This document shows, piece after piece, positions 47,589 to 56,039 of a stretch of 64,000 bases of DNA. A model generated the notes under the pieces. The model saw nothing but the letters and a program-made list of their open reading frames with translations, did not search any database and was not told where the DNA came from. This stretch comes from Parcubacteria group bacterium Gr01-1014_13 (GTDB lineage: Bacteria > Patescibacteriota > Patescibacteriia > Magasanikbacterales > GWA2-37-8): contig VMGB01000003.1 in NCBI GenBank assembly GCA_007376295.1, positions 7,106 through 71,105 of the forward strand, read 5' to 3'. The position numbers and the translations under genes were made by a program. Numbering within the stretch: the stretch's first letter is position 1; the number at the start of each line of letters is the position of its first letter.

Positions 47589-49421
47589 TTATGCTCTTGA
47601 TCCCAGTATTCGCTCAATATCTTCCTGTTCAATAGTCTCTTTTACCATCAATTCCTTGACCATATCTTCCAACTGAGGACGGTGGCTATCTACAACTTCT
47701 CTGGCTCGTTTTTCGGCTTCAGCCAAGAAGTTACCCACCTCTTTATCTATAGCTTCGGCAGTTTTTTCACTATAATCTTTTTGGTCGGCTTTTCCCCCGC
47801 CCAAGAAAACCATTTCTGGGTGATCGCCAAAAGTACGTGTACCCAAAGCACTCATACCATAACGTGTTACCATGGCTTGAGCAACCTCAGTGGCATTTTT
47901 TAAGTCAGATGATGGTCCGGTGGAAATCATATCATCACCAAAAATTATTTTTTCCACCACATAACCGCCAAGCATCATAGCCAATTCATCTCTAAATTGG
48001 GCCAAAGTATGATAATGCTTGTCTTCGGTCGGCATCTTTAAAGTATAGCCGCCGGCGCTGCCGCGAGATATTACTGAAACTTTGCGGACTGGGTCGCAAT
48101 GAATAGAGTAATGACCAACTATAGCGTGTCCAGCTTCGTGATAAGCGGTAATTTTCTTTTCATGATCGCTGATAATGCGATTTTTTCTTTCCGGACCAAG
48201 CAAAACTTTCTCAATACTTTCCAAAATTTCCAGTTCACCAACTTTTTTTAGTCCGCGACGGACAGTTAAGATGGCGGCTTCATTAAGTAAGTTGGCTAAA
48301 TCAGCTCCGGAAAATCCAGGGGTGCGTTCAGCAATTTTACGCAAGGAAACAGTTGACTCCAGCGGTTTGTTTTTGGCATGAATACCCAAAATTTCTTCAC
48401 GGTCTTTAATATCTGGTAAATCCAAAGTTACGCGTCTATCAAAACGGCCTGGTCTTAGCAAGGCAGGATCAAGCACATCTGGACGGTTGGTAGCAGCTAC
48501 CACGATTACTCCCAAGTTAGGATCAAAACCATCCATCTCAACTAAAATTTGATTTAAAGTCTGTTCTCTTTCATCATGACCTCCGCCCATACCAGCTCCT
48601 CGGCGTCTACCCACAGCATCAATTTCATCTATAAACACAATTGCCGGAGCTTCTTTTTTTGCTTTATTAAAAAGATCGCGTACGCGTGAAGCACCCACAC
48701 CCACAAACATTTCCACAAATTCAGAACCGGACATATTGAAAAACGGCACGTTGGCTTCTCCGGCCACAGCTCTGGCGAGTAAAGTCTTTCCAGTACCCGG
48801 ACTGCCTACGAGTAGTACTCCCTTAGGAATTTTTGCTCCCATTTCAGTAAACTTTTTTGGATCTTTAAGGAAATCAACTACTTCTACTAACTCTTGTTTG
48901 GATTCTTTTGCTCCGGCCACATCAGCAAAAGTTTTTTTGTTTTTATCATCGGGAGTGGTTTGGCGAGGATTGCTTTGGCCAAAGCCCATTGCTTTGCTGT
49001 TCATTCCTTGCACGCCACGAGTCATGAAATAGAAGAATAAAATAAAGATAGCTAAAGGCAATAATACCGGAAGTAAATTACCAGCCCAAAACTTCAAAGA
49101 ACTTTCGCCTTTTACTTCTACAGATAGCTGTTTAAGAGAAGCGTCTGTAATTCCATAGTTTTTTACAATATCGCCAAAAGTGCCATTTGGCTCTTTTTGC
49201 ACTTTCTGCAATTTGGCCTTTTCATCCTTTAGCTGCAAGCTTAGGCTGTCGCCTTGAATGATAACCTTTTTCACCTGTCCGGCATTAATTTCCTCTACCA
49301 TTTTGCTGATACTGACGGTTTCAGGGCCTTTATTTTGTTCATTTTTTACCAACCCCAAGATACCTGCTATTACAAATAGGGCTACAAAAACGATAATAAA
49401 ATTCTTTAAGAAATGACGCAT
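47589..49421 (-). CDS. ftsH: ATP-dependent zinc metalloprotease FtsH
   Basis: Two TMs, [11 protein letters not shown] motif, HEAGH. Confidence 0.97.
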   Translation of the reverse strand: MRHFLKNFIIVFVALFVIAGILGLVKNEQNKGPETVSISKMVEEINAGQVKKVIIQGDSLSLQLKDEKAKLQKVQKEPNGTFGDIVKNYGITDASLKQLSVEVKGESSLKFWAGNLLPVLLPLAIFILFFYFMTRGVQGMNSKAMGFGQSNPRQTTPDDKNKKTFADVAGAKESKQELVEVVDFLKDPKKFTEMGAKIPKGVLLVGSPGTGKTLLARAVAGEANVPFFNMSGSEFVEMFVGVGASRVRDLFNKAKKEAPAIVFIDEIDAVGRRRGAGMGGGHDEREQTLNQILVEMDGFDPNLGVIVVAATNRPDVLDPALLRPGRFDRRVTLDLPDIKDREEILGIHAKNKPLESTVSLRKIAERTPGFSGADLANLLNEAAILTVRRGLKKVGELEILESIEKVLLGPERKNRIISDHEKKITAYHEAGHAIVGHYSIHCDPVRKVSVISRGSAGGYTLKMPTEDKHYHTLAQFRDELAMMLGGYVVEKIIFGDDMISTGPSSDLKNATEVAQAMVTRYGMSALGTRTFGDHPEMVFLGGGKADQKDYSEKTAEAIDKEVGNFLAEAEKRAREVVDSHRPQLEDMVKELMVKETIEQEDIERILGSRA

Positions 49422-49565
49422 ATATTACGATGGTTAACTTAATATCTTACAGTTCATAAAATATACCCTATTTTTCACAAAAAAGCAAGGGGTTGGGCTT
49501 AAATGCCGGTTATAAAAATATCCCGCCCCACATAACTGTGAGACGGGACGAAACGAACCGATAGA

Positions 49566-50177
49566 TCAAGCGCCCACTGGCTTCTCGCTGATGAAACCGA
49601 ACAAGGAGTCATTTCTACAGTTAATGCCATGCCGGACCGAACGGTAGTCCAGGTGTCGATAGTCTGGATAACCGTAGAGATGGAACACATTGCCGTGCCG
49701 TACGGAGCCGAGCGCCACGATTGGCGCTTGCCGTTGTTCCTCAGGATACTGGATGCCAATAGCGTGGATGTGCTTGGGCATGATGGGCTTCTTATCACCA
49801 TTCCCCTTGGCCCACGCGAGTATCTCATCGTAAGATGGACTCCGGTCAAACTGATACAAATCAACACTCATCGACTCAGCCAAGTCAGCCTCGTCGTCGA
49901 CAAACAGTGTGATAATACGTTTGTCGCAGGTATCATACTTGCCAAGCTTGATGGCGTGCTTGTGCGACCTCACATTGTTTGATTTGAGATCAAGTGTCTT
50001 GACTAGGGTACCGACTATGGGTGGTTCCGGTACCGGCCGTCTAGGCAAGGGGGGCTCCTTTGGCTCTACGATGATACCGCACTCACCGCTGAGTACTGCT
50101 CGCGCAACCTTATCGCCACCAATAATATTTATAAGCGCCTCGATCTGGCCGAGTTTCCAATCGCCATATTTCGCCAT
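49566..50177 (-). CDS. CPR-type hypothetical protein with probable C-type-lectin-like C-terminal domain
   Basis: LGQIEALINIIGG N-terminus; AIGIQYPEEQRQAPIVALGSV motif; GAAGGAG RBS; GC-richer than flanks. Confidence 0.6.
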   Translation of the reverse strand: MAKYGDWKLGQIEALINIIGGDKVARAVLSGECGIIVEPKEPPLPRRPVPEPPIVGTLVKTLDLKSNNVRSHKHAIKLGKYDTCDKRIITLFVDDEADLAESMSVDLYQFDRSPSYDEILAWAKGNGDKKPIMPKHIHAIGIQYPEEQRQAPIVALGSVRHGNVFHLYGYPDYRHLDYRSVRHGINCRNDSLFGFISEKPVGA

Positions 50178-50354
50178 CTGCGTTCTCCTTCTGGACTGAA
50201 AGCCCAAAAAGCATTTTGCCCCTGCCCGGGACCTAGGTCTTCTCTCATGAGAAGAACGTATACATATACTCGTTATTTTAAATTCTGTCAAGAAACACAC
50301 CAAAAACAAAACATCCCCAGACATTATGTCTAAGGGATGTTTTTTATACTGTTT

Positions 50355-51557
50355 TTACTTAGCCTCTTCAGCCTTATCTTCTTTTTCTTTCTTTTTTTCC
50401 TTTTTACCTTCTTCAGCTTCTTCGGTTTTTTCCGCTTTTTTAACCTTACCCTTTACACCATAGAGTCTTAGACCCAAGCGGTGCTCTGGTGGTTCCAAAG
50501 AAACGATTTCGAAGTCGGTAGTTTGTCCAATTTTAAATTTATCAGCAATGTTTCCAGAAGCGTCATCGGTGAGCTCGGAAATATGAGCCAAACCGTGAAT
50601 ATCTTTGTCCAGCGCTACCATTAAACCAAACGGTTCAATCTTCAAGATTTTTCCGGCAACTTTGTCGCCAACCTTATATTTGTCTTTAACCAATTTCCAA
50701 GGATCATCTACCAAACGTTTGATGGACAAATAAATCTTTGATCTGTCCAACTGGATAATTTGAGCTTTGATCTTGTCGCCAACTTTCAAAATATCTTTTG
50801 GATGATCAATACGTTGCCAAGCGATTTCGGAAATATGTACCAAACCTTCCAAGTCCTGGCCAAATTTCACAAAAGCGCCGAAGGAAGTAAGGGCGCTGAT
50901 TTCGCCTTCCACCACATCGCCGATTTTGTATGATTCCAAAACTGCTTTCTGAGCATCTTCCCAAACTGCTTTTTCAGAAACAATTAATTTTTCTTCTTTT
51001 TGATTTACATCAATTACTTTCACTTCTATTTCTTGATTGATCAATTCGCGCAATTTTTCTAAAATACGATTTTTATCGCCGCCCATAACACGCGGATAGT
51101 GTTCTGGATTCAATTGAGAAACTGGCACGAAACCAGCAAGTCCTTCCAACTGCACCATCAGACCGCCTTTGTTAGCAGAAAGTACTTTTGCTTTAATAGT
51201 CATGTTGTCTTGCATCCACTTGCGGACATTATCCCAAGCGCGGGCAAATCCGGCAATGCGGAAAGATAATTCCATTTCGCCGTTTTCATTTTCTAATTCT
51301 AAAACTGTAGCTTCGACTTCGTTGTCAACTTTTAAACTGCCATATTCTTTGGCTTCGGCAAACAATTCGCGGCCGCGTACGACACCAACTGTAAGTCCTT
51401 CGATGTCTACGTGCACTTCACCCTTGTCTATAGAAATAATTTTACACTTTACTACATCGCCAACTTTAGGGATGGTAAGAGCATAAGAAGCAAACAGGGT
51501 TTTAAAATCCTGTCCGCCAGAAGATTTTTCTTCGTCTAATTTTTCGTTCTTGGTCAT
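50355..51557 (-). CDS. rpsA: 30S ribosomal protein S1 (four S1 domains)
   Basis: Four S1 repeats (GFVPVSQL, FGAFV, EGLVHISE, GLAHISEL). Confidence 0.9.
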   Translation of the reverse strand: MTKNEKLDEEKSSGGQDFKTLFASYALTIPKVGDVVKCKIISIDKGEVHVDIEGLTVGVVRGRELFAEAKEYGSLKVDNEVEATVLELENENGEMELSFRIAGFARAWDNVRKWMQDNMTIKAKVLSANKGGLMVQLEGLAGFVPVSQLNPEHYPRVMGGDKNRILEKLRELINQEIEVKVIDVNQKEEKLIVSEKAVWEDAQKAVLESYKIGDVVEGEISALTSFGAFVKFGQDLEGLVHISEIAWQRIDHPKDILKVGDKIKAQIIQLDRSKIYLSIKRLVDDPWKLVKDKYKVGDKVAGKILKIEPFGLMVALDKDIHGLAHISELTDDASGNIADKFKIGQTTDFEIVSLEPPEHRLGLRLYGVKGKVKKAEKTEEAEEGKKEKKKEKEDKAEEAK

Positions 51558-51786
51558 ACAACAAAAAAATTTTCCTTATCCTCTCCCGAATCATAGTCGG
51601 GCGAAGGTTCTCTCCTCTAAATTGGGAGAAATTAAATATTTTATTTGTCAGCTCCTTAAATTCCGCCGAGGCGGATCCCGATTTAATCGGGAAAATTTAC
51701 TGGGTTCAGTATACTATATATTTTACACGGTGTCAATGGTAGGTTAAAAAAACTGCCCCGAAAACGGAGGCAGCGGCTAAAAACCA

Positions 51787-52053
51787 CTATTTTAACTTCT
51801 CTCTCAACTTATCAATCTTGTCATTTATACGAAACCGTTCTTCTTCCAAAAAATGTCTATGCTCCATAGTTAGATACCGCCTTAAGTGCGGTGGTAAATT
51901 TAGATACTCACTTACCTCGCGCTCGTCTTGCTCTAATTTTTCTAACCGGCAGTGTCTCGCCCATCTAATTACTACTGGCGTGAAAAGTAATACCATAGCA
52001 AAAGTAGGGGCTATGACAAAGAAAAAAACTTGCAGACCAATGAATTTTCTCAT
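51787..52053 (-). CDS. Cassette gene A: small single-TM protein
   Basis: 88 aa; AAGGAGG RBS; own promoter and terminator. Confidence 0.65.
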   Translation of the reverse strand: MRKFIGLQVFFFVIAPTFAMVLLFTPVVIRWARHCRLEKLEQDEREVSEYLNLPPHLRRYLTMEHRHFLEEERFRINDKIDKLREKLK

Positions 52054-52177
52054 TGCTTCCTCCTTCTTTGTCTAGACTTTATTATTACCAGACCAAGACC
52101 AAAAAGTCAATATAATGAATAAAAAAACTGTCCCGGGGTCGGGACAGCGAAGACAAAATTTATTTTTTGACACTCTT

Positions 52178-52714
52178 TCACTTACCATTAGAGTGGACCA
52201 CGATCGCTCTGACAAGCTTGGATTCACCTCTGCGGTAACGCCCTATCCGAACTAACCATATGCCATACATGATTGCCGGAGAAATGAGCATACCTCCGCC
52301 AGCAAACGAGAGAAACCAATCATATCCATTTCGTGGATACGAAACGAATAAAATGAGCATTAAATTCCAAGCAACAAAAGCGCCGAAAGACAGAATAGCA
52401 AGAACCTTCGTGCAAGGTTGCTCTGGAAGTTTGTTGGCTTTCATTGATTGAAAATGGACCACTGCCTTTGGCAACTTCACTTTTGGTAATTGTGATTGGC
52501 GACGCGTCTTGATTTTATTAACTAGTAACGCAACAGACAAGCCGAGAGAGGCCAAGACGCAACCAGCAAGAAAAAGTAGCATTATCCAAGTGGTATCATC
52601 ATAGAAACCACAGAATTTTACCGCTAGAAGAAAAAGAACTAAAAACATTAGCGCTGAGGCGAGATAACCGTATAACAGATTCTTCATATCATACATCACG
52701 TCTCCGGTAATCAT
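52178..52714 (-). CDS. Cassette gene B: membrane protein with two [2TM + Arg-rich + KLPKAVV-like] units
   Basis: KVKLPKAVVHF mid-protein and KLVRAIVVH at the C-terminus. Confidence 0.65.
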   Translation of the reverse strand: MITGDVMYDMKNLLYGYLASALMFLVLFLLAVKFCGFYDDTTWIMLLFLAGCVLASLGLSVALLVNKIKTRRQSQLPKVKLPKAVVHFQSMKANKLPEQPCTKVLAILSFGAFVAWNLMLILFVSYPRNGYDWFLSFAGGGMLISPAIMYGIWLVRIGRYRRGESKLVRAIVVHSNGK

Positions 52715-52834
52715 GATTTTTCCCCTTGTTGACTATTTGATTGTTCTTATATCACAACCGATACAAAAAGTCAATATTAAAAATCCCGCACCCCTCGAAA
52801 GGAATACGGGACAAAGCACTGGTGTTCGCGCTAA

Positions 52835-53236
52835 TCAATCGGCAACATTCGCTGCTTCCATATACTGCTTGAACAGCTTATACAGTTCCTTGACACAAAA
52901 GATCAACGAGCTGCTAACTACGAAACCACCCAACGCCCAACCTAGTGACATGTTATAATCTCGAAAACCTTCTACCCACCAGGATGGTAGTAGGAGCAAA
53001 CTTCCAACAGTGGCCGTCAAAATAACTGCCAATGAGAGAAAATACCTGAGAGAAAGTGGCTTGTAAGCGCACAGTACTCTCGGAATGTCTAACATACACC
53101 AAAACGTACCTAATACGACTCCTTCGAAAAATGAAGCAAACCATCTCTCCGTAACTCCTGAAATTAAGAGAAGTAAAGAAAATAGGACTGCAAACATGAC
53201 ACCAACGACAACAGACGAAATAATGAGCTTTTTCAT
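52835..53236 (-). CDS. Cassette gene C: 4-TM membrane protein
   Basis: 133 aa; AGGAGG RBS; own promoter and terminator. Confidence 0.65.
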   Translation of the reverse strand: MKKLIISSVVVGVMFAVLFSLLLLISGVTERWFASFFEGVVLGTFWCMLDIPRVLCAYKPLSLRYFLSLAVILTATVGSLLLLPSWWVEGFRDYNMSLGWALGGFVVSSSLIFCVKELYKLFKQYMEAANVAD

Positions 53237-53339
53237 GGGTTTCCTCCTGCATACTTATTATCACATAAAAGATGAAAAGTCAATATAAAAATAAAGCTGC
53301 CCCGAGGTCGGGACAGCGATGACGAAATGTCTTACGAAA

Positions 53340-53612
53340 CTACGGACGAAAATGGACCACTGCCTTTGGCAACTTCACTTTTGACAAGTGTAGTTGGCGA
53401 CGCATCTGAATTTTAACTACCAACAATTCAATGAGCACCCGCGAGGTTGCCGTGACGTAGATAATTAAAGAAAGAAGCATGATGGCAGTAAAGCCGTCAA
53501 TGAGGCCAAAAATTCTGATAGAAAAGGGACAACCAATTAATAACAATAGCGTAGGAACACCAAAACCGAATAAAAGGCACTTCGCATCATACCGCCTATT
53601 TTGCAGAGTCAT
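53340..53612 (-). CDS. Cassette gene D: 2-TM protein ending KVKLPKAVVHFRP
   Basis: 90 aa; AGGAG RBS; about 65 nt near-identical to part of gene B. Confidence 0.65.
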   Translation of the reverse strand: MTLQNRRYDAKCLLFGFGVPTLLLLIGCPFSIRIFGLIDGFTAIMLLSLIIYVTATSRVLIELLVVKIQMRRQLHLSKVKLPKAVVHFRP

Positions 53613-53728
53613 GGGGTTTCTCCTGACTGAATTGTCTAATTGTTTTTATATCACTCCAGAAGCCAAATGTCAAGCTTAAAAAAGCTGCCCCAGGGTTGGG
53701 ACAGCGATGATGTTCGTCAAATGTTGAG

Positions 53729-54151
53729 CTAATCAAGTTTGTGGCGTTTGAGTTCCTCGACGGTACCCTTCCAGCCCAAAAACTTTTTAATTCCTTGCAA
53801 ATTAACTGATACTATTTTAGTTGTCGGCGAAGCTGGCGGAACATATTTCTTGAGCTTATCCACTCCCAACACTTTGAGATGATTGTGTGGAAAACGCGCG
53901 ACTGCCTTTGGCAGTTTCCTAGACTGTCGACGACGATGCACCGCCGCCCAAATTAAGGATGACGACAGATAAGTCGCGCATGATAGCAATAAAATGAACG
54001 CGTATGAGAACACAAGATAATGGAAGCAAACGAGAACATTAGAAGCCGTGCCTATAGGGAAAAAATAGAAAGAGAGCTCCCCGGCTAAGTAGCTACCGAC
54101 TATTGCGCTGGGTACAATACGCCAGCTGAGCAGAGTATCCAAATATCTCAT
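53729..54151 (-). CDS. Cassette gene E: 2-TM protein with RRRQSRKLPKAVARF
   Basis: 140 aa; AAGGAGG RBS. Confidence 0.65.
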   Translation of the reverse strand: MRYLDTLLSWRIVPSAIVGSYLAGELSFYFFPIGTASNVLVCFHYLVFSYAFILLLSCATYLSSSLIWAAVHRRRQSRKLPKAVARFPHNHLKVLGVDKLKKYVPPASPTTKIVSVNLQGIKKFLGWKGTVEELKRHKLD

Positions 54152-54186
54152 TGAGTTCCTCCTTGTTGAACTTGTTGATCGCGAGT

Positions 54187-54480
54187 TTACCTTGCGCGAT
54201 TTGGCGCAAGATTTTTAATCAGCCGGCGATGGTGCCTGGCGTCCTGAACCAAGTCCAAAGCGCTAATCAAAGGAAACCATAGAATGACGAATACGCCAAA
54301 TGCTACACTAAGAAACCAGAGGCCGAGCAAGATTTTAGAAAGCACAACGAAACCGCCGCTGCTTAGGTCGTTACTCTCGCAAACGAAAGTAGAGAAAAGG
54401 AAAGCAATGTCGCTTCCCAAGAGAAAATAGGCAAAAAAACATAATGCCATGCCCAACAAACCAAACATGATATCCTTCAT
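54187..54480 (-). CDS. Cassette gene F: 2-TM protein with Arg-rich tail
   Basis: 97 aa; GAGGAG RBS; promoter TTGACC-N17-TATATA. Confidence 0.6.
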   Translation of the reverse strand: MKDIMFGLLGMALCFFAYFLLGSDIAFLFSTFVCESNDLSSGGFVVLSKILLGLWFLSVAFGVFVILWFPLISALDLVQDARHHRRLIKNLAPNRAR

Positions 54481-54603
54481 TGTTTTCTCCTCTATACGTT
54501 ATATATCACGCTGAAGAAGAAAGGTCAACCATGCACCAGAGCAAGCTCAATGCATGGTAAATGCAAAAAAATCCCGCCTTCCGAAGAAGAACGGGACGAA
54601 CCA

Positions 54604-55182
54604 TTATTTTCTCTTTACCATCCGGCACTCATGATGCAAACGGCACATCATTTCAATATCCAGAGGCGTAACGACAGTCGGTAGCTTATATGACATTACT
54701 GAACCTGTGCCTTCGGGCACATCATTATCATCCCGACCGAGCACATGCCCAAACTCGTGCGCCATTCTACGAGGCGTAATCGTAAACGAATTGTCAAACA
54801 CAATCTCGGGCGATGAGTATGATGAGGATGATGCCCCATAAGCATAACAGGCGAAGCTGCCCTCGCCACAGAAACCTGCCTCAATCTTTAAATAGATAAC
54901 ATCCTCGTTTACTCGATTCGAAGGCAGATTGTTCTTTGAGTAAAGGATAACTGCCCGAGGATGATTGGCCTTGCCGAAATAATCGAACCATTGCTTGACA
55001 CCATCATTGATCTGCTGGACCCGGGAAGCGCGGCAAGCTTCGTAGCCTGTGGGATCTTGCTCACAGCCAGACCAAAAACTTTGCTCTGTCACCATATAGA
55101 TAGGATGGCGCAAATCAAAATATGGAACCCCACCACAACTGCAAATTGCAACAAGCGCAATAGCGATGAAAAAAGAACGCAT
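54604..55182 (-). CDS. Lipoprotein zinc metalloprotease, metzincin with HExxHxxGxxD (snapalysin-type), copy 1
   Basis: ICSC lipobox; MAHEFGHVLGRDD; Met-turn GSVMSY. Confidence 0.75.
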   Translation of the reverse strand: MRSFFIAIALVAICSCGGVPYFDLRHPIYMVTEQSFWSGCEQDPTGYEACRASRVQQINDGVKQWFDYFGKANHPRAVILYSKNNLPSNRVNEDVIYLKIEAGFCGEGSFACYAYGASSSSYSSPEIVFDNSFTITPRRMAHEFGHVLGRDDNDVPEGTGSVMSYKLPTVVTPLDIEMMCRLHHECRMVKRK

Positions 55183-55200
55183 GAAACACCTCCTCTACTT

Positions 55201-55809
55201 TCATTTTACCATCCGGCATTCAAAATGCAAACGACACATTATTTCGATATCCAAAGGCAAAACATTGGTCGGAGTCTTATATGACATGACCGAGCCCGTA
55301 CCTTCCGGAACATCATTATCATCTCTACCAAGAGCGTGTCCAAACTCATGCGCCATGATACGAGGTGTGATCCGCGACGAACCATCAAACACAATCTCTG
55401 GTATCTTGTGTCTGTAGCAGGCCACATAGCTCCCTCCCAGCTTTTCCTTGCCGCATTCACCCCCAGGATCAATACCCAGATGGATGACTCTGTTTTTCGG
55501 ATTTGACGGCAGTTCTTCCTCAGAAAAAAAGATCGCTACCTCGGGACGATCGGCCTTATCAAAATAATCAAACCACTGCTGGACACCCTCGTTAATCTGC
55601 TTGACCCGCAACGCACGACAAATGTCATCGCCTGCCGGATCTTTGTCACAACCCAACCACAAGCTTTTGTCTGCCAACATATAGACTGGGTGGCGCAAAT
55701 CAAGATATAGAGCTGAGGTTCTAAAAACTGAAGGGCGCAAATCAGGGTGCTGAGTACTACTACAGCCACAAACCAAGAATAGCCCGATGGCGATTAAAAA
55801 AGAACGCAT
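55201..55809 (-). CDS. Lipoprotein zinc metalloprotease, metzincin with HExxHxxGxxD, copy 2
   Basis: VCGC lipobox; MAHEFGHALGRDDNDVPEGTGSVMSYK nearly identical to copy 1. Confidence 0.75.
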   Translation of the reverse strand: MRSFLIAIGLFLVCGCSSTQHPDLRPSVFRTSALYLDLRHPVYMLADKSLWLGCDKDPAGDDICRALRVKQINEGVQQWFDYFDKADRPEVAIFFSEEELPSNPKNRVIHLGIDPGGECGKEKLGGSYVACYRHKIPEIVFDGSSRITPRIMAHEFGHALGRDDNDVPEGTGSVMSYKTPTNVLPLDIEIMCRLHFECRMVK

Positions 55810-56039
55810 GTACTACCTCTTTTCTGACTATTATATATAGTACCACAATTTCTAAGGCTGAACCGAATAAGAAAGCTTCGTTTTCTTATTCGTGAGGCCT
55901 GACGAAATTGCAAAGCTATGCTTCAAAAAACAAAATAGGCTCAACAAATAATCAAATTTTAGGCCTTGCCCATTATAGGGATATATGATAAAATATCACT
56001 ACAAAATTGTTTAAAATTTGTAATTAGAAATTTGATGTT

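Larger units (their letters stand above)
51753..53705 (-). repeat. Four copies of a shared terminator hairpin (type 1) at 51753, 52128, 53296 and 53684
   Basis: Plus-strand consensus aaaa(g)CTG(C/T)CCC(G/A)(G/A)GGT(C/T)GGGACAGCGA. On the minus strand each is followed by a U-tract and a TTGAC -35 box for the next gene. The 51753 copy is the most diverged. Confidence 0.75.

Noticed and set aside
51740-54600. CRISPR array or classical integron
   Set aside because: Repeats are imperfect, hundreds of bp apart and separated by whole genes. No cas or integron integrase gene is present, and no GTTRRRY/RYYYAAC attC ends were recognised.
49500-55900. Complete diversity-generating retroelement
   Set aside because: No reverse transcriptase or Avd in the window. 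Differences between the near-identical repeats (52451 vs 53349; the two protease 3' ends) are not confined to adenines.
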